From: Laetmonice hystrix
Taxonomy: Eukaryota
Assembly: GCA_965235115.1 (NCBI GenBank)
Contig: OZ249447.1
Span: forward strand, 22,320,001-22,384,000
DNA length: 64,000 bases
Reading direction: 5' to 3'
Shown here: positions 1 to 12,906 of the stretch, piece by piece
Layout: each line of letters begins with the position of its first letter
How positions within the stretch are numbered: the first letter of the stretch is position 1
Translations under genes and position numbers: made by a program
The notes under the pieces: model-generated
What the model was told of the DNA's origin: nothing
Database searches by the model: none
Seen by the model: the letters and a program-made list of their open reading frames with translations, nothing else

Positions 1-499
1 GTCAAACCAAAGATCCTCGAGGCAGACCCTAAGAAATGGCAGCATGCATGATGCGGTTTGCGCGTGACGTCGCTGCTTCAGGTACTGTGGCCCATTTTCC
101 ACTTTGAGACACGCACGTGATCTCCCCCAGCCCCCCCAGCCCCCCCCCCCCCCACGGAGCATTGTTCATGAGATGAAACCCAACACGACGCGGGTCCTAC
201 GGTCCCCGCCTCAGCTTACGTGAAGCAGACAAAACGCAGTCGTGTAACAAGAGCGACTGCAACATTTGATCGGTCGCTCCCTGTTGATTGGCTTCACCAT
301 CTCGTCATTACGGCAAGGGGTTCAAACAAGGCCGTATGTCTATTATAGAAGTCTACGTCATGATACAACCATATGGACCTTTTGAAAGTAGCCTTCACAA
401 GTAAATTAGGGTGTTGCACAGTTTAAATATGAGATTCTAAGGTTTCTCTTTTTTCTTTTATCAATAGATCATGCCACTTCGCAAGTAGCCATATTAAGG

Positions 500-3000
500 G
501 GTTTTATGAATAATATTGGCTCCCCATATAGATCTTCCAGCTTACTTGCCAAGAAGTGGTCAGTCGAGCGTCCTTCACCTGCTGCTGTTATCATACCAGA
601 GATGACCACACACTGACCACTGCCATCCCTCAGGGCACCCGGTCCGAGGTCACAGCCATCAGAGCGTCTCTATGTTGTCCAGTATGGTTCACATATAGCA
701 ATTCGTCAGTGTTGACCAGCATCTGTCAGGACAAACATTGCAATATTTGACCAAAAACGGCACCTCAGGGCATGGCACTGTTGTATACAGTACCATGGCA
801 CTGTTGTATACAGTACCATAGCCTCGGTTCACGTAAAATCGTATTTGACCGAAACTTGTCCATATCGGGGTTTGTTTAGGAGAATATACAGTATATGATA
901 TGATCATAGTATTGTTCTGACGCCCATGTAAGCGTTAACCAGATACAAGTGTCAGTGTTGTCCATATAAGGAACGCCCAGTATGTAGGATTGGTGGATCA
1001 TACCCACGCACACATTAATATGGCACTGATCACTGACGTTTGTCGAGTTGGTCACGTACTATTCTCTCCTGGCAATGCTACAAAGGAAATCAAGAAAAAA
1101 AAGCAGGAGGCAAGCGTTGATATAGTGTATAAAACGGTTGGAGTCGGGCCGGTACGATTGTGTGTGAACGTTGCCAGGTTAGATGTGGCCTCTCACCTAC
1201 AGGTAGATGAGACATCCTTAATGTGATGTCAGGGAAGGTGAGAGAACAATTACGTACTCGTACACATAATGTAATCAGACCATTGTCCGGCCAGGAGTGC
1301 TGCCTCTCCCGACCACCGCTCACAGGTACTGCCCAGGTACTGACTGAGGTAGGTATAGGTGGGTGGGCAGCTGTAGTGGTGCTCTTACTGACAATATCCC
1401 TGACAGCCAGGCAGACCATCACTGAATGCATCATGGTCAGCTGGATCGCCTGGTCAGGGAAGTGATCACTCGCTGTCGGATTTTAGGAACTTGTGGAGGT
1501 ACTCACCGGGAACGTTCAGTCAGTGTGTACATGGAGGGCAACAGAAGATTTACGGTACTTGTCATGTATTTCAGTATTTTGTTGATGTGTAGGTTGGTTT
1601 GATTACAGCTTTTGTGGCTACAGAACAGGTCACACTTGGTAAAGGAGGTCTGTCGGGGATAAAGGACGTTTAATCAACTCATGGATCAGAATCAGGGTAT
1701 TTAGACCCACACTGTTAAGATGGCCATACTAGGGACATTCAGTCTGGTATAAGGTTCAGACCCAAGTGTTGAGGAGCTGGATGACTTGTTGTTGAGACTG
1801 ATAGAATGTTCAGACCCAAGTGTTGAGGTGGATGACTGTCTTGTTGCTGAAACTGATAGAATGTTCAGACCCAAGTGTTGAGGAGCTGGATGACTTGTTG
1901 CTGAGACTGATAGAATGTTCAGACCCAAGGCGTGGGATGTCTTGTTGTTGAGACTGATAGAATGTTCAGACCCAAGTGTTGAGGTGGATGACTGTCTTGT
2001 TGCTGAAACTGATAGAATGTTCAGACCCAAGTGTTGAGGAGCTGGATGACTTGTTGCTGAGACTGATAGAATGTTCAGACCCAAGGCGTGGGATGTCTTG
2101 TTGTTGAGACTGATAGAATGTTCAGACCCAAGTGTTGAGGTGGATGACTGTCTTGTTGCTGAAACTGATAGAATGTTCAGACCCAAGTGTTGAGGAGCTG
2201 GATGACTTGTTGCTGAGACTGATAGAATGTTCAGACCCAAGGCGTGGGATGACTTGTTGCTGAGACTGATAGAATGTTCAGACCCAAGTGTTGAGGCGCT
2301 GGTTGACTTGTTGTTGAGACTGATAGAATATTCAGACCTGAGCTGTTGAGGAGTTAGATGACTTGTTGCTGAGACTATAGAATGTTCAGACCCAAGTGTT
2401 GAGGAGTTAGATGACTTGTTGAGACTGATAGAATGTTCAGACCAAAGTGTTCAGAGGAGCTGGATGAGACATTGGATGGTCAGACGGTGACAATGGTCAA
2501 AGGTTCAGGCCCGAGCTGTTGAGGCATGGGTTGGCCATGGGGACAGCTTCATCAACTTAAGAACGGAAGGAGATTTAGACCCACGGTGTTGAGAGATAGG
2601 ATAGCCAGATGTCGAGGATGACATTATAATGAATTGTAATAGCATCAGACCCAAGGTCCCGCTCGGAGGTGAAGTATAAGACTATAAAAACGACTCCATT
2701 AATCAAGACCCGACCAGAGGAAGTGTTGGAAGCCGTTTTTTCCCGACCCAGCCACCAGTAACAAGTCATGGCCTTGTTAGGACACCGAGCGGCTTGCTAC
2801 AAGCTGTCCTCGAGCTGCATTAAATCCGACATCCTCGTCGCTCTGTCATATGATCGAATTTATTATGGCCCAAATGTACTGTAATTGAGGCTCATCGGGC
2901 GATATAGAGGCCATCAGCGTGAACTACTTGTCCACAACAGTCGACACTGTGCCTGCGGGCTAGACAAATCCTGGTGTGGAAAATTTACGAGAGCTGGGAC
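500..3000 (-). mobile_element. Decayed CR1/L2-like LINE remnant (APE endonuclease plus 5' half of RT), interrupted by a minisatellite
   Basis: Hand translation of the - strand gives degenerate motifs in the expected order, with stops and frameshifts: STVVDK*FTLMASISPDEPQ (~2950, EN start), VFIVLYF (~2700), KLSPWPTHASTARA*TFDH (~2520, like QLITEPTR..TLDH), DALMAVTSDRVP*GMAVVSVV and STDHFLASKLEDLYG (~640-510, like TALL.VT.D....D.G...VLV..DLS.AFDT.DH.ILL.RL...YG). Boundaries are approximate. Confidence 0.5.
1755..2460. repeat. Minisatellite, 47-55 bp monomers with a 156 bp three-monomer higher-order repeat
   Basis: Core gagactgatagaatgttcagacccaag recurs throughout. The variant ggcgtggga recurs at 1929, 2085 and 2241 (period 156 = 47+55+54). 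Confidence 0.95.
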
Positions 3001-3975
3001 CCGATGGTCATTGTGGGGATGATGTGTTGCGATGTTTGTCTCCTTGGCCTGCCGTGTATTATGGCCGCCGAGCTCGTTGTGTTTGTCTTGGACAAGGACA
3101 GGTTTATTTTAAGCAATGTCGTTTCATAAATCGCCAAGGTGACTCATACTGTTGTTTGGGTATGTATATTGTGGATGTTGTCTCCCTTTTATAGTGATTA
3201 ACATCTTTTTAACGGTTGCAAGGTGCGCCCGCTGATGTCGCCAGCTTGCCATCAGACAACCACTCTGCTCTGTCCCAACTCATCCATCAGTCTGTGACCA
3301 TTGTATGGGCGGCAGGAGCCAACACTTTGTGTAGGCTTTGTTTAAAGGTTACAGTCTTTTCACGTAGCCAAGAGGCACTGCTGCTATTACTATAAGATCC
3401 TCTATGTACGCTACAGCCACGGTTCATTGTTCAGGGATAATTGTGGAGGGGATTGGCTGCTGGCGTTCTTGCAGCATTCGGAAGCTGACTGAGTCGGACG
3501 ACCCCCAACCCCCGCTGCCAGATTGAGCCAATATGCTTTGTGATATTGAGAATATGTATAGCAGCGTATGTTGTGTAAGAGTGGGAACAAACAGGACGTG
3601 AGTTACCATTGTTACCTGGCCCTCATCCCAGTTCGTACAGGTGTGCTGGCTGACAGGATATATTGCTATGTCGTAATGATGACATTAACGAGGGTTGGTG
3701 GGCTCGGATGTCGGAGTCGGTCATTATATTCTACTGGCAGTAGTGGATACGTCTGTAGGATGAGCTCAATTTGCGGGAGAGACAATGGAAAATATCATGA
3801 AACGTGCGCAACGTCGTCAAATCATGAAGCAATGCGTCTTCAGTGAGTAGTGATTTGTATACTGGGCCTAATGGAAATATCGCATAGTTTGATTTACTTT
3901 GATGAATTGGTAAAGGAACATAATTAATAGAATTTGTTGTCACGGCCTATGCTAACACAAACTACCTTGTGTTGA

Positions 3976-5140
3976 GTGTTGAGAGATACAGAACGATTCC
4001 ATTGGTGTCGAGGTACACAAGGTATGTCTGGGTACACAAGGTATGTCTGGGTACACAAGGTATGTCTGGACGGTGGCTGGCTAGTGTTGAGAGATACAGA
4101 ACGATTCCCTTGGTGTCGAGGTACACAAGGTATGTCTGGGTACACAAGGCATGTCTGGACGGTGGCTGGCTAGTGTTGAGAGATACAGAACGATTCCCTC
4201 GGTGTCGAGGTACACAAGGCATGTCTGGACGGTGGCTGGCTAGTGTTGAGAGATACAGAACGATTCCCTCGGTGTCGAGGTACACAAGGTATGTCTGGAC
4301 GGTGGCTGGCTAGTGTTGAGAGATACAGAACGATTCCCTTGGTGTCGAGGTACACAAGGTATGTCTGGGTACACAAGGTATGTCTGGACGGTGGCTGGCT
4401 AGTGTTGAGAGATACAGAACGATTCCCTCGGTGTCGAGGTACACAAGGTATGTCTGGGTACACAAGGTATGTCTGGACGGTGGCTGGCTAGTGTTGAGAG
4501 ATACAGAACGATTCCCTTGGTGTCGAGGTACACAAGGTATGTCTGGACGGTGGCTGGCTAGTGTTGAGAGATACAGAACGATTCCCTTGGTGTCGAGGTA
4601 CACAAGGTATGTCTGGGTACACAAGGTATGTCTGGACGGTGGCTGGCTAGTGTTGAGAGATACAGAACGATTCCCTTGGTGTCGAGGTACACAAGGCATG
4701 TCTGGACGGTGGCTGGCTAGTGTTGAGAGATACAGAACGATTCCCTCGGTGTCGAGGTACACAAGGTATGTCTGGACGGTGGCTGGCTAGTGTTGAGAGA
4801 TACAGAACGATTCCCTTGGTGTCGAGGTACACAAGGTATGTCTGGGTACACAAGGTATGTCTGGACGGTGGCTGGCTAGTGTTGAGAGATACAGAACGAT
4901 TCCCTTGGTGTCGAGGTACACAAGGTATGTCTGGACGGTGGCTGGCTAGTGTTGAGAGATACAGAACGATTCCCTTGGTGTCAAGGTACACGTGTCAAGG
5001 TACACAAGGTATGTCTGGACGGTGGCTGGCTAGTGTTGAGAGATACAGAACGATTCCCCTGGTGTCGAGGTACACAAGGTATGTCTGGGTACACAAGGTA
5101 TGTCTGGACGGTGGCTGGCTAGTGTTGAGAGATACAGAAC
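3976..5140. repeat. Minisatellite, 70 bp unit with a variable 19 bp internal sub-repeat
   Basis: Unit gtgttgagagatacagaacgattcccttggtgtcgaggtacacaaggtatgtctggacggtggctggcta. The segment gtacacaaggtatgtctgg occurs 1-3 times per unit. Confidence 0.97.
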
Positions 5141-8100
5141 CATACCCCACTAGCCAACCGATAAGATTATTACTGTCCCGGACATCGACTTATCGGAATA
5201 TATCCTCTCTTCTCCTATCTATCAGAAAGTATCACTTTAGTATTGTTACCAGATTTTCGAGGAAGAAAAGGCACAGATGGCTTGAAATCAGATATTCCAT
5301 TCAGGCTACAGCAGCGTTTAGTTTCTATAAAAAAAAAAGGACCCAGGTCTTCAGTGAACTGTTGATTCCTGTGAAGTTTGGGTGGCCCAGGTAACTGTGC
5401 CTGGTAGTAGACCCACCCTCCTACTGGGCTGAAACGAAACACCTGTCCTGTCACTCGACACCGACCTGTCATACTGACCTGTCACGTCGACAGGCCAAGC
5501 ACCCTTTTCCATTATGACCTATTACAGATTAATATCCTGTCACGGAGACAAAAAGGCCGAGACGACGACACGTCATTAAAGTCACTCACGATCTCCAGGC
5601 TTCATCAAGCCTGCTTCTTTTCTCCGCCATTTTTAAAACGGCTGACAGTGAATTTAGAAAAAAATGGGAGTTAACCTTCACAAAGTGAAAAGTGGCATGA
5701 ATCATCAATATAAAATTTGTCAGGCCTTTATTCCTTGATGCTTTTTTTAAGCTTAGGCAAATTTGGAAAAGTACAGACTGACAATCTTCATATTATTCTG
5801 GAAGGCTTGTCATAATTGTAACACGCAGGGAAGAATCTTGGAGATTTTAAAATACCAAATCTAGGCCATTTGAAAAAATATTGAATAAATGGAGATGTGT
5901 GGGTTCTTTATAATTTCCATATATAAACACTGACTATATTTCCTTCTCTGCTGGGTACATCGAAACAGACTTGATGACATCAGTATCCAGGTGTGCGTAC
6001 ATTTACATAAAATTGCTTTCCTTCAGGTAGTTTATCATTTTAAATGCATATCACCTGAGGTCAGCTATAGTAATTCATATAAGTTCTGACGCATCTTAGT
6101 GTCCATTGTTGGCTCGGAGTGTTGTGTTCGCGATGTAGCACTTTACTTATGATACCGTTTCAATCCTGAAGTTTGAGTGCACCAGAAGGATGCATTAGTT
6201 GACTGTCGAGCAGTTTGAGGAAGGATATTAAAACAGAGCTGATCGTCTTAATGGAAGTGGGTGAGGTGTTGGGATGGTGGGAGTGACATGCATTAGCTGG
6301 CCGAGAAACGGTAGCGGGGCCTTCAGGCCGGGGATGGCCGGGCACAGGGCCTATTGAAGGGCCTTTAATTGGCCAGCATTAGGTGGCTGGCATTTGGGTG
6401 ACATTTGGTTGCTGGGGCTGCACGTGCTGCATCCAATCGCAATTGACAAGAGAAATGGAGTGCGCCAGGCAGAGCACCCTCCCCCCTCCCTATCTCCGGC
6501 CAGGTCGTAGGCGGCATGAGGCCACAGGTGGCAGATATTAAACATATCCCCCAAACCCCCAGGTGGACACTCAAGAAGGGCAAGGTCTCTTTTGTTGTCC
6601 CTTCTGTGTTCTAAAAGCGAGAGGTGTTAGTGTTTTAATGGGACCGTCAGATGTAGCGTGGATATAGAAGTAGACATCGGCTTTGACTGAGGTGAATAGA
6701 GGGGGGGACAGCTGTCCGCGGGCTGGAGACAACCCCAGCCACTCAGGTAGACCCTCTCAACATACTCTCACTGTGAATGGAACCCTCCAAAACGTCTCAA
6801 CTTTTGGTGGCTGACAGTTCAAAAATTGTAACACGTGTAACATATTCAGTGGTATTAGGAGTCGTAGGAAACCCTTCGGAAAAAAGACTGAATTGGTCAA
6901 CGCATACTGAAGAATGAACGCGACAGTTCAGGTTTGTTTATATGTTTTTGTGTTATAATGATAGGAACCTAAAACACCACAGTATAGTATATATTGAAGT
7001 TCAACGGCTTTAGTCATCTTATCTGTCAACATTGATCTGAACCCGAGCGTGCTAGGTGTCATGTCATTGAGTGCATCAGTGCAAAGAGGTGGAGAGTCGG
7101 GGTAAGAGTCTGAGATGAGACAGTGGGAGACAGAACCCAGCGCAGATCTTGTGCCTATTATACAAGTTGTCATGTGGGACGTTTTAGTTAGGTTGTTAAC
7201 GAGATAGACAATCTGTGCTCTCTGTATAGATCCCTGCCTCTAAATACCAGCTAATATCACGACCAGGCTCCATGGACTAGCTTTCTTTTATTCATAAGCC
7301 AGTCGTGTCAAGCCCAGTCTGTGAGCATGTAATCAGTGACTGCAGTCTGTGTGTTTGTCTTTGCCACAAACGAGTGGGGTTTCCTGAGTACCGCCAGTGT
7401 AATCACACTCTTCATGCAAGAACTCATGGTAGTAGTTGTAACTTCTTTATCCGCAAATATTTCATTCCACATTGACATTCACACTACAGGCAGACAGGAT
7501 GGAGCCAGAAATTGAAATGATATCATAGCAAAGAAATCATAGCGGATTTACTTACTACATGGGCTATAATGTTTGTGCGGCGACTACATGGGCTATAATG
7601 TTTGTGCGGCAAATGAGTGCAGGAAATGGACGACGCGGAAGATTAGAGTTGTTTTATTATTTTAAACCTGACAACAAATACAAACCTTTCTTGGCCAATA
7701 TTCGCCAGTATATCCCTGTGTGGTCGGTATTGTGTGAAGGGTCTGAAACCCATTGAGTCTGGCGCATTCTTGGAGGAGCTGTGTTCTCCTCATCCGGCGT
7801 GAGCTTTCCAAGGGCCTGAGCCCCTCTCAGCCGTCCTCACCATGGTCGTCCCATTTCTCCTCCATCATTGTCTTTGCGGCCTCGCCTGCTGAGTGCTCGA
7901 GGAGGCTATCTAAGCTGATATCTAGGTGTCATTGCCTGCCTTACCCGAGGCTAGTGTCACCTGAGTCTGAGGGTCTGGTTCCATGTCACTCACCCGGCCA
8001 TTGTCTCCCGGCTGTTCTTGGAGAGGACGCTGTGTCGTCTCCCCCCCCCCCCCCCGGCCGCCGGCCTCCTGCTCTTACTCTGACCCAGCAGGGCCAGACA

Positions 8101-8760
8101 CGGGCTGCAAGGATTGGGATTACAATGGAAATGATTCACACCTCTCGTCTACCTCCTCCTCCTTGTCAACCGCCATGTCTTCGGTGCTCATTACCCGATG
8201 TGCTGATATCCCTGCTGTCCGCCTGTCATTGCAAGTCGTCATGGCGACCCCACCTCTGGTTGCTGTGGAGACGACCTTCAGGCCACATGTGGATGAGTGG
8301 GCTTGGATGTCCCTTTTGGATTGTGGTGGGTCTCCTGGGCTCCATAGGTTGTGCTACCGATCCTTGACATGTGACAGGATTAAAACTGCCATTAAAAAAA
8401 TGCTATCGTTGTTGTGGATTGCATATGTGTTATTTTATGCAATAGATTCTGCTATGGATAGGAAAGGACATGAAAACGTCAATTACTTTGAATCAAGAAC
8501 AGCGTTAAAATACGATTAATTGGGACCTGAAGAGCAACGTTGAGATTGCGTTGAGATATCATTAGAAAGATGAAGGGGAGACAGGCTGTACTGTAAGTGA
8601 GACTATTCATCCGCAGAAACGAGTAGGAGACAAGATGGAGAGAAACCCGTCAGATTGGAGACGGAGCTATCCATGTGCCATAGACGGAGTACGTGTGTTC
8701 AGGTGTAAGGTTTATCAACCCCGAATATGGAGATAGAATATGACGATGGTGAGTGGGGAG

Positions 8761-9262
8761 GGGCGGGCTGACACGTGCCCAATCAGATGGGCGGGTCACC
8801 ACCCGATGGTCACCACTCAGGACGGTCGTCATCACGGCAGCCGCCCTGTCATTACGGTCACTGTCACCACTTCCCCTCACACCTACCGTCACACCCACCC
8901 CCCAGACCACTGCCCACGTTTAGAAGTATCTCTCCTAGGTTCAGCAGGGCTCAGTCTGCGCGTCTGTTGAGATGGGCAGTGGGGCGTGGCATTGTCCTAG
9001 CAATACCAGTTTGAACACGCAAACACCTCGGGCCCCGGCGGCACGTTGGTCTGTAATTGTATGGGAGGAGCTATTAACTTGACTGCCCCGGAGGTTTGTG
9101 CTGACACAATTACAACCAATGATAGGTGCACACTACTTTGGCAGGAGTGCACACATTGTCTTCAGAGCCGCAACAAAATGGCACGACACCGGCCATCAGC
9201 ATGTTGTTGGGCAGTTGGCAGCGGGCCGGTGAAAACTAAAACCGCCACGGGATATATATAAT
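8761..9262 (+). promoter_or_regulatory. Candidate internal (alternative) promoter of the PDZRN3/4-like gene
   Basis: Motif cluster: GGGCGG 8761 and 8789, CACGTG 8772, CCAAT 8779 and 9116, GGGGCGTGGC 8981, TATATATAAT 9253. It lies ~130 bp upstream of an ATG followed by a perfect donor CAG|GTAAGT at 9434/9435. Motif evidence only. Confidence 0.4.
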
Positions 9263-9388
9263 TATCCACTGAAAGTTAACTGTTCAACTAGAGTGTGTTG
9301 AGCAGACTGTGGGTGGGTGAACCGTTGACTTGTGTTGTGTGCGTGTAGCGGGGACGGTGAGGATGAAGTGGGAGTAAGAGTACGGACA

Positions 9389-9434
9389 ATGACAGAGGTG
9401 GCGGGGTGCTACTCCATCAGGAAACCCGAGCCAG
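9389..9434 (+). CDS. Candidate alternative first coding exon (MTEVAGCYSIRKPEP, phase 1)
   Basis: ATG at 9389 (acaATGa), open to a consensus donor GTAAGT. GCYSIRKPE resembles, from memory, the MGC..C..QK.EE N-terminus of vertebrate short PDZRN3/4 isoforms that splice onto VNG. It needs a phase 1-to-0 bridging exon to join 31695. A short uORF (MKWE*) lies at 9363-9377. Confidence 0.4.
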
Positions 9435-9529
9435 GTAAGTAACACCTGACAGGTCAGTCACCAGACACAGACGGGCACTCACAGATACTGTGTCACATCC
9501 CTGCCTTGTCTAAAGTATCTCCACACTTT

Positions 9530-11000
9530 GGTAACATCTGTGAGGCTGCAAGAGGTCGGTTAGATTACCTCCTGGTAACCTGGCACCACAATGGATGGAG
9601 TATCAAGGATGGCGTTATCTCACACTTGTTGTCAAGGTCTCCCGTTTACAGCCAGTTTGACCAGCAAGAGTGACTGGAGCGTGATATACGCCCGCGTTTA
9701 GCACCGGTCCACTCCAGTGTCATCACGCACATTATTGGAGAAGATCCAATCCAGGCGGGGGAGAAAAGGAGCTATCTCCGCATAGAATTCTGTCGGGCGG
9801 CAGCTCTGAAGATGTTCGTTGAATTGGACATGCGCCGCTGATGCTGTCGTGGCAAGACGCCGTGGCAGTGTGAAGATGCAACCTGAAGATAGGCATCATT
9901 CAGAGTACTGTCGTCGCTTGTCTGCAGCAAATGAAGCGTGACCACCACCGGCTGGCAGGTTTTTCACACTTGACCGAACCCTTTACAGAGGCTCCCATTT
10001 GGGCCAGTCTGCGGTAATCGATACATTTATGTGCTTACGTGCACTGCTATTCTCCCTTTCAACCGGCGATCAATGGCCAAAAGGACCGTCGCACCCACAT
10101 CTGGAAATCAATGCCCGGAATTCAATTTGGCCAATGTGATTTGGATGGTCACAGGCATGAAGGCTCCCTTCACAGGCGACGCTGCTTCATCCGCGATCGG
10201 TGGGAAAGTCCTGCATGTTTCATCCTCTTCCGGTCCACAAATGACCAGGTCGTAGCGGTGTGCTCTATTGGCACATTCACGCCAAATTACTGGGGTAGAT
10301 TAATAGCTGCAATCACTGGTTGGTACACGCAGCGATCCTGCAGTCAGACTCGCTGTGCATCAAGTGCTCACTTTTGGCTCTTATTTTGCCGGCGCTGAGA
10401 ATAGACCGCCCTCCAGTCGGCAGAGAACTCCTCGGGTCAGGCATGTGGCTTTGGTTTCTACATGTACCATCATGAAACCAGGAGCATGTACGTTACACGA
10501 GGCCTTAATTAGGTTCTCTCGTGGTAGGATAGAGTACATTACAGCCGGCCGAGGTCGCCAGGGCACCCATGTGAACCCCGTTATCGACGCGCGGTCCATG
10601 CTCAAGAGGTATTGGAAGATACAGTAATGATGTCGTGTTGTGCCATGCTTCAACAGAGCGAATGCATCGGAGACGGACCCCCCCCGCGATAACGATGGCC
10701 AGCCCCAGCCGCGGCCAGCGGACCGCCATCAGAAGTGGGCCCCGGCCGAACCAGACCGGCTTGAACCCACATGGTGCCGCTCCCATGGTGCCCGCAGCGC
10801 TGATAGAACTTTCTTGTCCACTTTGTTCTCCCCTGATCAAAGACAATAGGATGAAAGTACAGGCTGCAGCGGCAGCCGCCGCATTCCTTTCGAAACAGTC
10901 TGGCTTGCTTTGAGGCAATTTCTCCATCTGCCGGCAAAACCCAGTCGATATCCCCCACCCTGACATGCTTATTTCACAACGGTGTTCCATGGCAAATTGA
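9530..11000 (-). mobile_element. Decayed DIRS-order (Ngaro-like) retrotransposon relic: gag end, RT, RNase H
   Basis: Ordered degenerate motifs on the - strand: EHRCEI (gag zinc finger, ~10980), CIFQYLLSMDRASITG, VLCRLEGGLFSAPAK (like D.RLPFGLRSAP), YDLVICGPEEDETC (like YLDDFLI.GP), SRWWSRF, LHLHTATAS (like LYTDAS), ARLPGGNLTDLL (like HIPG..N..AD.LSR, ~9560). The span is about right for a pol gene. Confidence 0.5.
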
Positions 11001-11949
11001 GGATGTCAATTAAGGAAGAGATGCAGAGAAGGATTGGGGAGTGGATGCGGAATAAGGCTGCCAATTTGGGCACGGCTCAGGCAGGAGAAATGGCCTGCCA
11101 TCAAGTGAGGATGTGGCAGCTTTTGACCAGCAGGTTTTTTTCTCGCTCGTTCTAGGTCTTCTTACTTTGGACCCAGCAGGTAGGTTACTCTACTATGAGT
11201 TATTAGTGTCTAATTAATCCCATTACACAAATTGATTCCAGTTGAGATGAGATCTAGCATGGGTGATTTGCTGACTGGAAGAGAGTCGGACTTCGCGTAC
11301 CGACCAGCTTCCTGGAGGGACGTACTAATGGAAGTGAAGATTAGAATTGTTTCATTCTCGGCTGGAAGTCATTCTCTATCTGTGCTAGCGACGCCGGCCT
11401 CTTATAATTAGTGTCACGTCGGATAACAAAAGTCCGTATTTTTATGGCCTAATTACAACAATAGAGATGAACATTACCGATATCTCGGCTGCCCTGATTA
11501 CTTCCCTACAGTGACAGCACTTCTCAGGAATCTGGCCTGCGGTTATTTATTTCCCTTAAGAGATTTAGAACGACGCAAGCAGTTTATGTGAAGGTCGGAA
11601 GCCACCAAATGGTATCTTTCTTTAGGTTAACAGGGCTGGGCCAAGCTTGGGTAAGGTTTGCTAAATGACTGGCCGTGCTAGCTCACAGTACCACTTGGTA
11701 GCGATCACTCAGAGGTGTGTCTTGGATATAGGTGGATTTACAGTCTTCAAACCGGGGCTCAGGTGAGAAATTACAGCCGTGTGGGTTGTTGATGGGAAAG
11801 GTTGTGGCCTTGTTGTCAGAGAGAGTGTTTGCAAGCATAGGAACATCCCCTGGCCTCCTATCTCGTTAGCAGCCAGAACGGAGGGCCAGCTGTAAGGCAC
11901 AGGGGGAAAGGACAGTAAATGAAAGCCGAGTTGGCTCTGCCAGGTACTG

Positions 11950-12268
11950 ACGCTCGTGCTAAATGGTCGTCACTGGCAACCTTCGGAACGCGGTGCTGGG
12001 CTCGTTATTTGCCAGCCAACTGAGAATACATGGAGCTATTTTAGTTTTAGAGCATCGAGGATATTCATGTCCATGTTCAGTATGTTAATGTATTGTTCGG
12101 TAAGCGCTTCAGGCTATTACCAGACACATGGCAGGGGAATGGCGACTTTGCTTTGGAGTTTTCTCTTGTGACTTTGTTAGTCATTTTGTAAATGGCGTCC
12201 TCGAGAAGCCGCGAGTGACGACGTCGTAACGTGGCAGTATGCAGTGGCTAAGCGTGCATATAATACAT
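11950..12268 (-). mobile_element. Decayed LINE endonuclease remnant, downstream half of the sequence split by the PAT insertion
   Basis: - strand reads NMDMNILDALKLK*LHVFSVGWQITSPAPR (like GDFNI.LL....L..LL.SF.L.QLIT.PTR). The frame just before the PAT insertion reads through when the flanks are joined (TTEIS-DVLYARL). Confidence 0.35.
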
Positions 12269-12343
12269 CTTATAACATCAATACCCTCAAGAACAACAAA
12301 ACCCATATTAAGTTTCATCTTAGGTGAGCCTCTTCCGCTGCAG
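12269..12343 (-). repeat. PAT split direct repeat B2 (75 bp, 3' terminus)
   Basis: cttataacatcaatacc...tcttccgctgcag is identical to 12906-12980. Confidence 0.95.
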
Positions 12344-12356
12344 TGTGCTCCCTCTG

Positions 12357-12362
12357 TTTATT
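12357..12362 (-). terminator. Candidate poly(A) signal (AATAAA) of the PAT transcript
   Basis: TTTATT on + (AATAAA on the element strand) lies 14 nt upstream of B2, so cleavage would fall inside B2. This fits a transcript running from A1 to B2. Confidence 0.35.
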
Positions 12363-12711
12363 GCTGTATGTCATTTTGGGCACAGTGATACAAGCAAACA
12401 TGCTTTCATGGTACGTTTCATAATTCCTTGAAACCGGTATATTAATGTCGCTAGACCAACCATAACGATTCCAAACAACATCAGTATATTAATATCGCTA
12501 GACCATAAGCGATTTCAACCAACATCAACATTAAGCCTTTGGGTGAAAAAACCTACCGGCGAAAAAATTGATAAATTGTAACAAAAGTAGGAAAAAGACC
12601 CCAAGGGACCCCTTGCGCCGTCAAGCGGGCCGGAGCTCTAATCCGAAGCTCCCTTAATGAAAGGAGAGGAAACTTCTGCCGATGCCCTCTCACTAATCAA
12701 TTAATTGAAAA

Positions 12712-12906
12712 AGAAACCACGTTGTTTGTCAGCGGAGAACAAGGCCAGAATGACCAGTCGCTCCTCGGACCCTGACCACTACAACTCATGTAACCACTCG
12801 TCCGTGACGAGACGCACTCGACACAACAGCCCTGCTGTGTACTCTCGTAATTTACCAGTAATAAGAATATTATATTCTAATCTTTCAGAACCGAATATAA
12901 TAGAAC
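12712..12906 (-). repeat. PAT split direct repeat A2 (195 bp, internal)
   Basis: agaaaccacgttg...aatataatagaac is identical to 16577-16771. It abuts B1 and shares one base (12906). Confidence 0.95.

Noticed and set aside
1701-2240. 179 aa ORF with an LRR-like look (LGLNILSVS)
   Set aside because: It arises from the 156 bp higher-order repeat; there is no true LRR spacing or splice context.
3962-5394. Overlapping repetitive ORFs (RYTRYVW, LRDTERF)
   Set aside because: These are translations of the 70/19 bp array with no consistent frame.
7753-8519. Overlapping 178-204 aa ORFs
   Set aside because: Low-complexity, include a C homopolymer, and have no recognisable family; probably decayed repeat.
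8703-8748. AG/GT-bounded 46 nt segment (ttcag|...gatg|gtgagt)
   Set aside because: It has stop codons in all three frames; at most a UTR exon, and unsupported.
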